A DNA stretch of 64,000 nucleotides. Origin: an uncultured Alphaproteobacteria bacterium. Its GTDB lineage: Bacteria; Pseudomonadota; Alphaproteobacteria; Rhodobacterales; Rhodobacteraceae. The stretch is taken from NCBI GenBank assembly GCA_963707885.1, contig CAVPRV010000009.1:104676-168675 (forward strand). The letters are read 5' to 3'. Below, in pieces: positions 24,174-34,983 of this stretch. Under the pieces are notes generated by a model. That model did no database searches. It was not told the origin of the DNA and worked only from the letters and a program-made list of their open reading frames with translations. Position numbers and translations under genes: made by a program. Position 1 is the first letter of the stretch, and each line of letters begins with the position of its first letter.

Positions 24174-24803
24174 TCAGCGCTTCCGGAAGCACACGATCCA
24201 GCCGACGTCGTCGGCATGGTCCTCGCCCCCGGCGCGGCCGTAGATGTGAAAGGGTTCAGTCCGGAACCCCTCGATCCGGTCGCCGAGACCGGCGAACTCC
24301 GCGGCGAAGCCGCCCAATTCGTAGACCGCGCTGTGCACCGTCACCGCGAAGACCGCACCCGGCGTCGCGACGCGCAATAGCTCGTGGAACGCCGCCGGTC
24401 CGACATGGCCGTGCGTGAAGGTGCCGGCGCTGATCACGCCGGAATAGACACTGTTTTCTATGGGCAGCGCCTTCGTCAGATCCGCCCGGATCGTCGCACG
24501 ATAGACGCCCTTTGCCGCCGCGACCACCAACATATCCTCCGAAATATCCGCCCCGTCGACCGGCGCGATACCCCGCCGCGCCAGAGCTTCGGCGACAAGA
24601 CCCGTTCCGGCGCCCACGTCGAGGACCGGTCCCGTCCCGCCGAGGGCCGAGAAGGTCTCGGCCACGGTCTCCGGGCTGCGATATTCCATGTCCGCCGCGA
24701 AATCGCGGTCGTAGCTTTTCGCCCAGTCGGCATAGTAGCGGACCGAATCCTCTGGCGTCCGCAGCGCATAGGCGCCTTCAAGATCGTGGCTCTTTCCGCT
24801 CAT
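24174..24803 (-). CDS. Class I SAM-dependent methyltransferase (WBSCR27-like)
   Basis: YYADWAKSYD, LDVGAGTG, DISEDML, GTFTHGHV. Confidence 0.85.
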   Translation of the reverse strand: MSGKSHDLEGAYALRTPEDSVRYYADWAKSYDRDFAADMEYRSPETVAETFSALGGTGPVLDVGAGTGLVAEALARRGIAPVDGADISEDMLVVAAAKGVYRATIRADLTKALPIENSVYSGVISAGTFTHGHVGPAAFHELLRVATPGAVFAVTVHSAVYELGGFAAEFAGLGDRIEGFRTEPFHIYGRAGGEDHADDVGWIVCFRKR

Positions 24804-24896
24804 TCCGGCATCCGGCCATGCCGGGCCCGTGTCGTCAAGCCTCTGCTCGGTTCGGCGGCCCTTGCGCCCGTCGGGCCAAGCCGGAATAGTCGCGCA

Positions 24897-25826
24897 ATGA
24901 CCGCGACGCTCCTTTCCCTTGGCCACGGCTATTCCGCCGCCGCCCTCGCGCGCCGCCTCGGCCCGTCCTGGCGCATCATCGGCACCACGCGGCGGGAAGA
25001 AAAGGCCGACCGTCTGCGCGGCGAGGGGATGGAGGCGCTGATCTGGCCCGGTGGCGACCTTCGGCCGGCTTTGGCCGACGCCACGCATCTGCTCATCTCT
25101 ATCGCGCCGAATGCCGACGGCGATCCGGTCCTCGCCACCGATGAGGGTACCATCGCCGCTGCCGCGCCGCATTTTCGTTGGGTCGGTTACCTCTCGACCA
25201 CAGGCGTCTATGGCGATCATGGCGGCGACTGGGTGGACGAGACGACGCCTCTGGCGCCGACAACCGAACGCGGCCAGGCCCGAGTTCTGGCCGAAAGCCA
25301 GTGGCAGGCGCTCGCCGCCCGGACGGGCCTGCCGCTGCACATCTTCCGCCTTGCCGGGATCTATGGCCCCGGCCGCGGCCCGTTCGAGAAGGTGCGCGCC
25401 GGCACCGCGCGGCGGATCGTCCGCGAGAACCAGTATTTCAGCCGCATCCATGTCGACGACATCGCCACCGTGCTCGCCGCCTCCATCGCCCGCCCCGATC
25501 CTGGTGCCATCTACAACGTTGCCGACGACGACCCCTCGCCGCCCGAGGCCGTGTTGGCCGAGGCCGCCGGCCTTCTCGGCCTGCCGCTGCCGCCCGAAGT
25601 CGCCTTCGAGGATGCCGAGATGACGCCGCTTGCCCGCAGCTTCTATGCCGAATCGAAAAGGGTCAGGAACGACCGGATCAAGGGCGCGCTCGGCGCGACG
25701 CTGGCCTACCCGGATTACCGGGCCGGTCTCCGCGCCCTTCTCGGGGCCGAGACCGAACTCGGGAACCGAACCCGCCCCACCGGCGTTTCTATCGCGATAC
25801 TCACGACCACAGGGAGAACGCGATGA
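24897..25826 (+). CDS. NAD-dependent epimerase/SDR family oxidoreductase
   Basis: GHGYS, YLSTTGVYGD, RLAGIYGPGR, SRIHVDD. Confidence 0.88.
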   Translation: MTATLLSLGHGYSAAALARRLGPSWRIIGTTRREEKADRLRGEGMEALIWPGGDLRPALADATHLLISIAPNADGDPVLATDEGTIAAAAPHFRWVGYLSTTGVYGDHGGDWVDETTPLAPTTERGQARVLAESQWQALAARTGLPLHIFRLAGIYGPGRGPFEKVRAGTARRIVRENQYFSRIHVDDIATVLAASIARPDPGAIYNVADDDPSPPEAVLAEAAGLLGLPLPPEVAFEDAEMTPLARSFYAESKRVRNDRIKGALGATLAYPDYRAGLRALLGAETELGNRTRPTGVSIAILTTTGRTR

Positions 25827-26086
25827 ACAAGTTCCTGCTCATGCTGCCGCTCGCCGCCAGCCTTGCCGCCTGCGAGACGACGGGCGATCAGAACATCGCC
25901 ACTGGCGCCCTCACCGGCGCCGCCGTTGGCGCGATCGCATCCGATGATGGCGACAAGCTCGAAGGCGCGGTTCTCGGCGGCGCCGCAGGCGCGGCTGTCG
26001 GCGGCCTCGTCAACGCCGCGAACCAGCCGAAACAGTGCATCTACCGCTACTCGGACGGTTCCACCTACCGCGCCCCCTGCCCGTAA
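25823..26086 (+). CDS. Small glycine-zipper lipoprotein
   Basis: Lipobox LAAC, two GAxxGA glycine zippers, C-terminal Cys pair; RBS GGGAG. Confidence 0.8.
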   Translation: MNKFLLMLPLAASLAACETTGDQNIATGALTGAAVGAIASDDGDKLEGAVLGGAAGAAVGGLVNAANQPKQCIYRYSDGSTYRAPCP

Positions 26087-26149
26087 ACGCAGGGCGCGCG
26101 ACGTTCGTAACGAGTTCCCTCGTCCCAATCTCGGAAACTCGTGCGCGGC

Positions 26150-27022
26150 TCAGGCCCGCACGAGTTTTTCGTATTCGGCCACGACCCGTTTCGCCAGGTC
26201 GCCAACCTCGAACCTATGGTCCCCGATCTGTCCGACTGGCGTGACCTCGGCCGCCGTGCCGGTCAGCCAGCACTGCTCGAAGCCTTCCAGTTCTTCCGGC
26301 AGGATGTGCCGCTCGTGCACCTTGATCTGCATGTCCTTCAGCATTCCGATCACCGTCTGCCGGGTCAGGCCATTGAGGAAGCAGTCGGCGAGCGGCGTGT
26401 GCACCTCGCCGTTCTTGACGAAGAAGATGTTGGCGCCGGTCGCCTCGGCGACATATCCGCGATAGTCGTACATCATCGCGTCCGAACAGCCCTTCGCCTC
26501 GGCGGCGTGCTTCGACATGGTACAGATCATGTAAAGGCCCGCCGCCTTCGCCTCGGACGGGATCGTCTCGGGCGAGGGGCGCTTCCACTTCGCGATGTCG
26601 AGCTTGGCGCCCTTCATCTTCGCGTCGCCGTAGTAGTTGCCCCATTCCCAGCCCGCCACGGCAAGCCGTACCGGATTGCGCTTGGCGGAAACTCCCATGT
26701 CCTCGCCCGAGCCGCGCCAGGCGATGGCGCGGACATAGGCGTCGGTCCAGCCGTTGGCTTTCAGCATTGCGTCCTTGGCGGCGTCGATTTCCTCGGCGGT
26801 ATACGGGATCGGCATGTCGAGAAGCTCACCAGAGCGCAAGAGGCGCTTCGAGTGCTCGTGGCCTTTGAAGATCTTGCCGTTGTAACAGCGCTCGCCCTCA
26901 AAGACCGACGAGGCATAATGCAGCGCATGGGTGAGGATATGGACCTTGGCGTCGCGCCAATCCACCAGCTTGCCATCCATCCAGATCTTGCCGTCGCGAT
27001 CGTCGTAGGAACCCGCCATCAT
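26150..27022 (-). CDS. ilvE: Branched-chain amino acid aminotransferase
   Basis: HALHYASSVFEG, AKAAGLY, EATGANIF, LNGLTRQ, LTGTAAEV. Confidence 0.93.
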   Translation of the reverse strand: MMAGSYDDRDGKIWMDGKLVDWRDAKVHILTHALHYASSVFEGERCYNGKIFKGHEHSKRLLRSGELLDMPIPYTAEEIDAAKDAMLKANGWTDAYVRAIAWRGSGEDMGVSAKRNPVRLAVAGWEWGNYYGDAKMKGAKLDIAKWKRPSPETIPSEAKAAGLYMICTMSKHAAEAKGCSDAMMYDYRGYVAEATGANIFFVKNGEVHTPLADCFLNGLTRQTVIGMLKDMQIKVHERHILPEELEGFEQCWLTGTAAEVTPVGQIGDHRFEVGDLAKRVVAEYEKLVRA

Positions 27023-27124
27023 ATTCTCCCCGGGCGCACCCGATTTGCAATTGTTGCGCGAATTAAGTCCGCTTCGGACATAATATTGCGCGAAATCCGA
27101 GAATCGCTAACAGTTGAGTCTTGG

Positions 27125-27145
27125 AAAGTCAACATGGCTGACATA
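27125..27145. promoter_or_regulatory. Palindromic operator candidate GTCA-N7-TGAC between ilvE and petP
   Basis: AAAGTCAACATGGCTGACATA; similar sites upstream of gltD. Confidence 0.5.
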
Positions 27146-27186
27146 AAATCCGCCCCGAGGCATACGCGTAAAGAGGGACCGGAGGC

Positions 27187-27696
27187 ATGGCCGCAGGCAG
27201 CGCGGGAACGCAGGGCGGCGAAAGCCTGTTGTTCCTGACAGACGAACAGCTGCGCAAGGGGATCGAGGCGATGTTCTTCGCCTATCGCGCCTTCACGGCC
27301 GATCCCGACCGGATTCTCGAAAACTACGAATACGGCCGTGCCCATCACCGCGCCATCCACTTCATCAACCGCCAGCCAGGGCTCACGGTGAACACGCTGC
27401 TGACCATGCTCGGCGTCACCAAGCAATCGCTGAACCGGGTGCTGCGGACCCTCGTGGACGACGGCCTGGTCGAGGCGCGGGTCGGTCGCAACGACAAACG
27501 CGAACGCAACCTCTTCCTCACAGAAAAAGGCGCCGCGCTGGAGCGTGAGCTCAGCGACGCCCAGCGCGCCCGGATGCGCGCCGCCTACCGTACGGCGGGG
27601 CCGGCCGCCGTCGCGGGGTTCCGGCAGGTGCTCGAGGCGATGATGGACCCGGAGATCCGTCGCCACTACCAGTCGATCAAGGACGGTGCAGCATGA
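27187..27696 (+). CDS. petP: MarR family regulator (PetP-like)
   Basis: FFAYRAFTADPD, GRAHHRAIHFI, VTKQSLNRVL wHTH; paired with petR. Confidence 0.82.
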   Translation: MAAGSAGTQGGESLLFLTDEQLRKGIEAMFFAYRAFTADPDRILENYEYGRAHHRAIHFINRQPGLTVNTLLTMLGVTKQSLNRVLRTLVDDGLVEARVGRNDKRERNLFLTEKGAALERELSDAQRARMRAAYRTAGPAAVAGFRQVLEAMMDPEIRRHYQSIKDGAA

Positions 27697-28400
27697 CGGA
27701 TCAGCCGGACATTCACCTTCTGATCGTCGATGACGACGAACGCATCCGCACGCTCTTGCAAAAGTTCCTCGTGCGGCAGGGCTTCTGGGTCAGCGCCGCA
27801 CGCGACGGGGCGCATGCGCGGCGCCTGCTCGACGGGCTTGAATTCGACCTCATCGTCATGGATGTGATGATGCCGGGCGAGGACGGGATCAGCCTCACCC
27901 GCGACCTGCGGGCGCGGATGGCGACGCCGATCCTGCTCCTGACCGCGAAGGGCGAAACCGACGACCGCATCGCCGGGCTAGAAGCCGGGGCGGACGACTA
28001 CCTCGCCAAGCCGTTCGAGCCGAAGGAGCTTCTGCTCAGGATCAACGCGATCTTGCGGCGCACGCCGACGAAGGTGGAACCGAAGCTGGCGAAGGTTCTG
28101 AACATGGGCGCGGTGCGCTACGATGTCGACCGGGGCGAGATGTGGCGGGGGACGGAGCTGGTGCGCCTGACCGCGACCGAGGCGGCGCTGATGCGGATCT
28201 TCGCCGCCAAGCCGGGCGAACCGGTCAGCCGCAGCCAGCTGGTCGAGGATCTCGGCCGTGGTTCAGGGCGCAGCGATGCGCAGGAACGCGCCGTGGACGT
28301 GCAGATCACGCGCCTCCGTCGCAAGTTCGAAAGCGATCCGAAGCAGCCGCGCTATCTGCAGACTGTGCGCGGCGCGGGCTACATGCTCGCGCCGGAATAG
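27693..28400 (+). CDS. petR: OmpR family response regulator (PetR-like)
   Basis: VDDD, MDVMMPGEDG, GADDYLAKPF, VDVQITRLRRK, YLQTVRGAGY. Confidence 0.82.
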   Translation: MTDQPDIHLLIVDDDERIRTLLQKFLVRQGFWVSAARDGAHARRLLDGLEFDLIVMDVMMPGEDGISLTRDLRARMATPILLLTAKGETDDRIAGLEAGADDYLAKPFEPKELLLRINAILRRTPTKVEPKLAKVLNMGAVRYDVDRGEMWRGTELVRLTATEAALMRIFAAKPGEPVSRSQLVEDLGRGSGRSDAQERAVDVQITRLRRKFESDPKQPRYLQTVRGAGYMLAPE

Positions 28401-28757
28401 GGTCTCAGTAGCGCTTCAGCGGAACCCGGATGCCGATGCCGATGCCGACGACCGTATCGGCGCAAAACCGAACCCGGCGACAAAATGGGGCTGGACCCGC
28501 AAGTTGCCCCCGCGCCGCTCCTGCAGCGAACAGAACACGCTGCTCATGAGCGCGATCGTCCACACATTCGGCCAATGCCGACCCACCTGCGCCGGGCCTC
28601 AGCGGGCTTCTTGCCGTCGTCATGGCGTCCTCCTGACAGCATTTAATAGCCCCGTTTTCTTTTTGCAGAGGGACACATTCGGCAATTCAGATTCGTCAAT
28701 TCGGCGCGAAAGCTTCTCGGTCTTGCCAGTTGCCGCGATCCGGCCCAAGGTCCCACG

Positions 28758-29690
28758 ATGACAACACTTTTCCTCACCCATCCCGCCGCGCTGCAGCATG
28801 TGACGCCCACCGGCCACCCCGAACGGGTTGCGCGGCTGGAAGCAATCTATGCCGCCATCCGCCACGACGATTTTTCCGCCCTCAACCGCCGCACGGCGCC
28901 TGAGGCCGACGAGGCCGAGGTGTTGCGCTGCCACGGCGCCGACTACCTCGCCGCGATCCAACGTGCCCGACCGGAGGTGGGCTGGGTCCAGCTCGACGCC
29001 GACACCTCGATGTCGCCCGGCTCGTGGGAAGCCGCCTTGCGCGCCATCGGCGGGGTCGAGACCGCCGTCGATGCGGTCCTGGCCGGCGAGGCGGCGAACG
29101 CCTTCGTCGCGATGCGCCCGCCCGGGCACCATGCCGAGCGCGGCCGGTCGATGGGCTTCTGCGTTTTCGGCACCGTCGCCATCGCAGCGAAATACGCGCT
29201 CGACCACCACGGGCTTTCCCGCGTCGCCGTACTCGATTTCGACGTCCATCACGGCAACGGCACGCAGGATCTGCTCTGGGACGAGGCGCGCGCGATGTTC
29301 GTCTCCTCGCAGCAGATGCCGCTCTGGCCCGGCACGGGTGCCACGGATGAGACTGGCGCGCATGGCCAGATCGTCAACCTGCCGCTGCCGCCCGAATCGG
29401 GCGGGGCCGAGATGCGCGCGGCCTGGGAAGGGGCGCTGGCCCGTGTCGCCGATTTTCGGCCCGAACTGATCCTCGTCTCTGCCGGCTTCGACGCCCATCG
29501 CGACGACCCCCTGGCCAACCTCAACTGGACCGAGGCGGACTACGCCTGGATCACCCATGCGATCTGCGATCTCGCCGACGAGACCTGCGGCGGCCGGGTG
29601 GTCTCCGCCCTGGAAGGCGGCTATGATCTTGACGCGCTGGCGGCTTCGGTCGCCGCGCATGTAAGGGTGCTGATGGAGCGGGGCGAATGA
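28758..29690 (+). CDS. Histone deacetylase family protein
   Basis: GHPE, RPPGHHA, DFDVHHGNGTQ, SAGFDAH, LEGGY. Confidence 0.93.
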   Translation: MTTLFLTHPAALQHVTPTGHPERVARLEAIYAAIRHDDFSALNRRTAPEADEAEVLRCHGADYLAAIQRARPEVGWVQLDADTSMSPGSWEAALRAIGGVETAVDAVLAGEAANAFVAMRPPGHHAERGRSMGFCVFGTVAIAAKYALDHHGLSRVAVLDFDVHHGNGTQDLLWDEARAMFVSSQQMPLWPGTGATDETGAHGQIVNLPLPPESGGAEMRAAWEGALARVADFRPELILVSAGFDAHRDDPLANLNWTEADYAWITHAICDLADETCGGRVVSALEGGYDLDALAASVAAHVRVLMERGE

Positions 29691-29923
29691 GCGATATTGC
29701 CAAGATGACATTCGAGGACGCCATGAAGGCGCTGGAAGAGGTCGTGCGCGATCTCGAATCCGGGAATGTCGCGCTGGAAAAGTCCATTTCGCTCTACGAA
29801 CGCGGCGCGGCACTCAAGGCGCATTGCGAGAAGAAGCTGAAGGAGGCCGAGGAAAAGGTCGCCAAGATAACCCTCGGCCCAGATGGCGCCCCTACCGGCA
29901 CCGTTCCGGTCGAAGGTCTCTAG
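29687..29923 (+). CDS. xseB: Exodeoxyribonuclease VII small subunit
   Basis: TFEDAMKALEEVVRDLESG..LEKSISLYERG; hdac-xseB-ispA-dxs synteny. Confidence 0.93.
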   Translation: MSDIAKMTFEDAMKALEEVVRDLESGNVALEKSISLYERGAALKAHCEKKLKEAEEKVAKITLGPDGAPTGTVPVEGL

Positions 29924-30790
29924 TGTTCCACGGCCGATTGAAAGCGGCGCAGGACGGCGTTCAGGCCGCGCTCGACGCGGCCCTTGCCGAACGCGCCGAG
30001 GTGCCCGTCATCCATGCCATGCGCTACGCGCTGAAAGGCGGCAAGCGTCTCCGCGCCTTTCTGGTGCTGGAAGGCGCGGCCCTGCACGGGATCGGCGCCG
30101 ACCGGGCAATGCCCGCCGCCGCCGCGGTGGAGGCGCTGCACGCCTATTCGCTCGTCCATGACGACCTGCCGGCGATGGACGACGACGACCTCCGGCGCGG
30201 CCAGCCGACCGCCCATGTAAAATGGGACGAGGCGACCGCGATCCTCGCCGGCGACGCGCTCCAGACCCTCGCCTTCGAGCTTCTGACCGATCCTGCGCTC
30301 GGTGCCGCCGAAAACCGCATCGCCCTAGTCCGCGCCCTCAGCCTCGCCTCCGGTGCGGAAGGCATGGTCCTCGGCCAGGCGCTCGACATCGCGGCCGAAA
30401 CCGCGCAGACGCCGCTGACGCTCGTCGAGATCATCGCGTTGCAGGGGGCCAAGACCGGCGCCCTCTTCACCTTCGCCGCCACCGCCGGCGCGATCCTCGC
30501 CGGCGCCAATCCCACGCCCCTTGCCGCCTATGCAAAGGCGCTCGGTCTCGCCTTCCAGATCGCCGACGACATCCTCGATGTCGAAGGCGACCCCGAAAAG
30601 GCTGGCAAGAAACTCGGCAAGGACGCAGGCGGCCGGCAAGGCCACCTTCGTCTCGCTCCTAGGTCTCGAGGCCGCCAAAACCCGCGCCCGCGACCTCGTG
30701 GCCGAAGCCGAGGCGGCGCTTTCGCCCTATGGTGAGGCGGCGGAACACTTGAGAGACGTCGCGCGTTTCGTTATTGCGCGTGAGATGTAA
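29923..30790 (+). CDS. ispA: Farnesyl diphosphate synthase (frameshift ~30630)
   Basis: [30 protein letters not shown]. Confidence 0.92.
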
Positions 30791-30909
30791 GGCGTTCTGC
30801 GTCTTGCTTGACGACGGAAGGATCGCAATTCGACCACTCCCTCGGGCGAACCGGGATCCATGAACAACGCGAAACGCTGTGGCCGCAGGCCCCATACCGA
30901 AAGCCGGTG

Positions 30910-32826
30910 ATGACCGACAGACCGAAGACCCCGACGCTGGACCGCGTGACCGTGCCCGCCGACATGAAGGCGCTGACGGATCGCGAATTGCGTCTCCTGG
31001 CGGATGAAGTCCGGGCCGAAACCATCTCGGCCGTCTCGGTCACCGGCGGTCATCTCGGCGCCGGCCTCGGCGTGGTCGAGCTGACCGTGGCGCTCCACGC
31101 CGTCTTCGACGCGCCGCGCGACAAGATCGTCTGGGATGTCGGCCACCAGTGCTATCCGCACAAGATCCTGACCGGCCGGCGCGACCGCATTCGCACCCTG
31201 CGGATGAAGGGCGGCCTTTCGGGCTTCACCAAACGGTCGGAAAGCCCCTACGATCCCTTCGGCGCCGCCCATTCGTCCACCTCGATCTCCGCGGCACTCG
31301 GCTTCGCCGTCGCCCGCGACCTCGGCGGGGATATGGGCGACGCCGTCGCGGTGATCGGCGACGGCGCGATGTCCGCCGGCATGGCCTATGAGGCGCTGAA
31401 CAACGCGGGCCACCTGAAAAAGCGGCTTTTCGTCATCCTCAACGACAACGAGATGTCGATCGCGCCTCCGGTTGGCGCGATGTCGGCCTATCTCTCGCGG
31501 CTCTATGCCGGCGCGCCCTTTCAGGAATTCAAGGCCGCCGCCAAGGGCGCGGTCAGCCTCTTGCCCGAACCCTTCCAGGAAGGCGCGCGGCGGGCCAAGG
31601 AACTGCTGAAGGGCATGACCGTCGGCGGCACCCTGTTCGAGGAGTTGGGCTTCACCTATGTCGGCCCCATCGACGGCCACGACCTCGACCAGCTCCTCCC
31701 GGTGCTCCGCACCGCGCATGACCGCGCGACCGGGCCGATGCTGATCCACGTGCTGACCAGGAAGGGCAAGGGCTACGCGCCGGCCGAACGGGCCGCCGAC
31801 AAGGGCCATGCGACCGCGAAATTCGACGTGCTGACCGGAGAGCAGAAGAAGGCCCCGTCCAACGCGCCCTCCTACACCAAGGTCTTCGCGCAAAGCCTGA
31901 TCCGCGAGGCCGAGATCGATGACAGGATCGTCGCCATCACTGCCGCGATGCCCGACGGCACCGGCCTCAACCTCTTCGCCGAACGCTTCCCGCGCCGCTG
32001 CTTCGACGTGGGCATCGCCGAACAGCACGCCGTGACCTTTTCCGCCGGGCTCGCAGCGGCGGGGCTGAAACCCTTCTGCGCGCTCTACTCGACCTTCCTG
32101 CAGCGCGGCTATGACCAGGTCGTCCACGACGTCGCGATCCAGCGCCTGCCCGTCCGCTTCGCCATCGACCGCGCCGGCTTGGTCGGGGCCGACGGCGCGA
32201 CCCATGCGGGCGCCTTCGACATCGCCTTCCTTTCGAATCTGCCCGACATGGTCGTCATGGCCGCGGCGGACGAGGCCGAGCTTGTCCACATGGTTGCCAC
32301 GGCGGCGGCCATCGACGACCGCCCCTCCGCCTTCCGCTATCCGCGCGGCGAAGGCGTCGGCGTCGAGATGCCCGAGCGCGGCACGCCGCTGGAAATCGGC
32401 AAGGGCCGCATCGTCGCCGAAGGGGGTCGCGTCGCGATCCTCTCCTTCGGCACCCGGCTGTCGGACGTCCTGAAAGCCCGCGAAAATCTCAGCCCAGCGC
32501 GGTCTCGCGCCGACTGTCGCCGACGCCCGCTTCGCCAAGCCCCTCGACCGCGAGCTGATCCTGCAACTCGCTCGGATCACGAAGCGCTGATCACCATCGA
32601 GGAAGGCGCCATCGGCGGCTTCGGCAGCCACGTCGCCCAGCTTCTGGCCGAGGAAGGCATCTTCGACCGCGGCTTCAAGTTCCGCTCGATGGTCCTGCCC
32701 GACACCTTCATCGACCAGTCGAGCCCCGAGGACATGTATGCCACCGCCGGTATGAACGCTGCCGAAATCGAGGCCAAGGTGCTCGATACGCTCGGCGTTG
32801 CCCGGATCGGCGAAAAGCGGGCCTGA
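30910..32826 (+). CDS. dxs: 1-deoxy-D-xylulose-5-phosphate synthase (compensating indels ~32490-32575)
   Basis: [41 protein letters not shown]; DARFAKPLD segment displaced into another frame. Confidence 0.95.
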   Translation: MTDRPKTPTLDRVTVPADMKALTDRELRLLADEVRAETISAVSVTGGHLGAGLGVVELTVALHAVFDAPRDKIVWDVGHQCYPHKILTGRRDRIRTLRMKGGLSGFTKRSESPYDPFGAAHSSTSISAALGFAVARDLGGDMGDAVAVIGDGAMSAGMAYEALNNAGHLKKRLFVILNDNEMSIAPPVGAMSAYLSRLYAGAPFQEFKAAAKGAVSLLPEPFQEGARRAKELLKGMTVGGTLFEELGFTYVGPIDGHDLDQLLPVLRTAHDRATGPMLIHVLTRKGKGYAPAERAADKGHATAKFDVLTGEQKKAPSNAPSYTKVFAQSLIREAEIDDRIVAITAAMPDGTGLNLFAERFPRRCFDVGIAEQHAVTFSAGLAAAGLKPFCALYSTFLQRGYDQVVHDVAIQRLPVRFAIDRAGLVGADGATHAGAFDIAFLSNLPDMVVMAAADEAELVHMVATAAAIDDRPSAFRYPRGEGVGVEMPERGTPLEIGKGRIVAEGGRVAILSFGTRLSDVLKARENLSPARSRADCRRRPLRQAPRPRADPATRSDHEALITIEEGAIGGFGSHVAQLLAEEGIFDRGFKFRSMVLPDTFIDQSSPEDMYATAGMNAAEIEAKVLDTLGVARIGEKRA

Positions 32827-32847
32827 CACCGGCCCGCCTCGCAAGGA

Positions 32848-33042
32848 TCAGGCGGTGAAACCGCGCTCGATCCGGGTGAATTCGCGCAGTCGCGCGGCAT
32901 CGTCGCGCTTCACCGGGCGCTCATGCACCACTTTCGTTGCGGGATGACTGCCCTCCTCGCCGTGGGCCTTCTCGACCTCGACGAAATGCTTCAGACGGCC
33001 CCCATCGGATGCGGTTCGACGGTCAGCAGCATGCCGGCTCAT
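32848..33042 (-). CDS. Small hypothetical protein (64 aa)
   Basis: Strong RBS AAGGAGGAG just before ATG; internal duplicated motif. Confidence 0.6.
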   Translation of the reverse strand: MSRHAADRRTASDGGRLKHFVEVEKAHGEEGSHPATKVVHERPVKRDDAARLREFTRIERGFTA

Positions 33043-33147
33043 GATCTCCTCCTTCGGTCTCGTCTGCCCCATCGCGGGACAACCACAGGATGCGGCCGAA
33101 TCGGTGGTCTTGGCCAGCCCCCTTACTGCCGCAGTGTAAATCAGGCT

Positions 33148-34196
33148 CTATTCCGCCAGAATCCGGGCGGCCCAGCGCGCCGCGTCAGCGACCACGGGGT
33201 CAGGGTCGCGGGCCAGCGCCTCGGCGACCGGACGCAAGGCCGCATCGCCGGAATTGCCGATCGCATATAGGACGTTGCGGACGAACCGGTCGCGCCCGAT
33301 CCGCTTGATCGGACTGCCCGAAAACCGCTCCCGGAATCGCCGCATCGTCCAGCACCGCCAACTCCGCCAGCGGTGGCGCGCCAACCCGCGCCGCATAGCC
33401 CGCTTCGCGCGCCGCCGCCGCGAACTTGTTCCACGGACAGACGGCGAGGCAATCGTCGCAGCCATAGATGCGGTTGCCCATCAGCGCCCGCAAATCCTCT
33501 GCGACCGGCCCTTTGTGCTCGATCGTGAGATAGGAAATGCAGCGCCGCGCATCGAGCTGGTAGGGCGCCGGAAACGCCTTGGTCGGACAGATGTCGAGAC
33601 AGGCCCGGCACGACCCGCAATGATCGACCTCGCCTTCGTCCTTCGGCAGGTCGAGCGTGGTGAAGATCGCGCCGAGAAAGAACCAGCTGCCCAGATCTCG
33701 GCCGACGAGGTTGGTGTGCTTGCCCTGCCAGCCGATCCCGGCCGCCTGGCCCAACGGCTTCTCCATCACCGGCGCGGTATCGACGAATACCTTGATTTCG
33801 GGCGGAACAGAGCCTTTTCTCGCCTCCTCGATCAGCCATCGCCCAACCCGCTTCAGCCGCTTCTTCACCAGGTCATGGTAGTCCTTGCCCTGCGCATAGA
33901 CCGGACACCGCCGCCCGGTCCCGGCACTCCAGCACCGCCAGCGGATCGGTCTCCGGCGTATAGATCTCGGCCAGCATGATCACCGTCCGCGCCTCGGACC
34001 AAAGCGCGGTGGGATCGCCGCGCCAGGCCATACGCTCCGCCATCCAGCCCATCTGCCCATGGCGCCCCGCCGCGACGAAGGCCGCAAGCCGCCCCGCCGC
34101 TTCCGGGATCGCCGACGGCGCGCAAAAGCCCACCGCAGAAAATCCCTCCGCCAGCGCCCGCTCCTTCAGACGGTTCCCGAATGCCAGACGATCCAC
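33148..34196 (-). CDS. queG: Epoxyqueuosine reductase (frameshifts ~33900 and ~33335)
   Basis: [52 protein letters not shown]. Confidence 0.93.
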
Positions 34197-34204
34197 CCCT
34201 GCTG

Positions 34205-34258
34205 CCTTCCACTTGGGGAAAATATCCCGGGGGTCCCGGGGGCAGCGCCCCCGGCCTC
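34205..34258 (-). repeat. Intergenic hairpin repeat, copy 4
   Basis: Reverse complement GAGGCCGGGGGCGCTGCCCCCGGGACCCCCGGGATATTTTCCCCAAGTGGAAGG. Confidence 0.7.
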
Positions 34259-34262
34259 GGCC

Positions 34263-34928
34263 TCAGAAATCCAGGTCCGCATAATGCGCCGGCGGCGGAA
34301 AACCCGGCACCTGATCGGCCAGGAGCGACCGGAACGACGGCCGCGATTTGATCTTCTGATACCAGTCCTTGACGTTCTGGCTGCGGTTCCAGTCCACGTC
34401 CGAAATGTAGTCGAGACAGGACAGATGCGCCGCGGCGGCGAAATCGGCCAGTGTCATCTCGTTCCCCGCGATCCAGCGGCGCTGGTCGAGAAGCCAGCTG
34501 AGATAATCAAGATGATACTTGATCCGGTTCGACCCGGACTTCACGTTCTTCGAATCCGGATAGCCCTGACCGGTGATCTTCTTGTTGACCCGCTCGTAGA
34601 GAAGTTTCGAGGTCACCTCGTCATGGAACTTGTCGTCGAACCAGGCACAAAGCCGTCGCACCTCATAGCGGCCGTCGGCATCCCTCGGCATCAGCCGCGG
34701 CTCGGGCACCGTCTCGTCGAGATATTCGCAGATCGCCTGGCTTTCGGTCATGACCTTGCCATTCAGCCGAATCACGGGGATCTTGCCCGCCGGATTGCGG
34801 CGGAGGAAATCCGGGCCCTGTTCCCAGTAGCGCTCCTCAACCAGTTCCACTTCGATCTTCTTCTCCGCCAGCGTCAGGCGGACCTTGCGGCAGAAGGGCG
34901 AGAGCGGAACGTGATAGAGGCGGGTCAT
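34263..34928 (-). CDS. fzlA: GST-fold FtsZ-binding protein FzlA
   Basis: LYHVPLSPFCRKVRL, KIKSRPSFRSLL, C-terminal YADLDF. Confidence 0.88.
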   Translation of the reverse strand: MTRLYHVPLSPFCRKVRLTLAEKKIEVELVEERYWEQGPDFLRRNPAGKIPVIRLNGKVMTESQAICEYLDETVPEPRLMPRDADGRYEVRRLCAWFDDKFHDEVTSKLLYERVNKKITGQGYPDSKNVKSGSNRIKYHLDYLSWLLDQRRWIAGNEMTLADFAAAAHLSCLDYISDVDWNRSQNVKDWYQKIKSRPSFRSLLADQVPGFPPPAHYADLDF

Positions 34929-34983
34929 GGGCACGGGCTCTGGACGGGATCGCCTTCCGTGATAGCGGCGCGGGCCACCGGGT

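Noticed and set aside
28405-28623. Small minus-strand ORF after petR with (GATGCC)n repeats
   Set aside because: Hydrophobic patches fall in different frames and no family is recognisable. It may be a frameshifted small membrane protein but cannot be supported.
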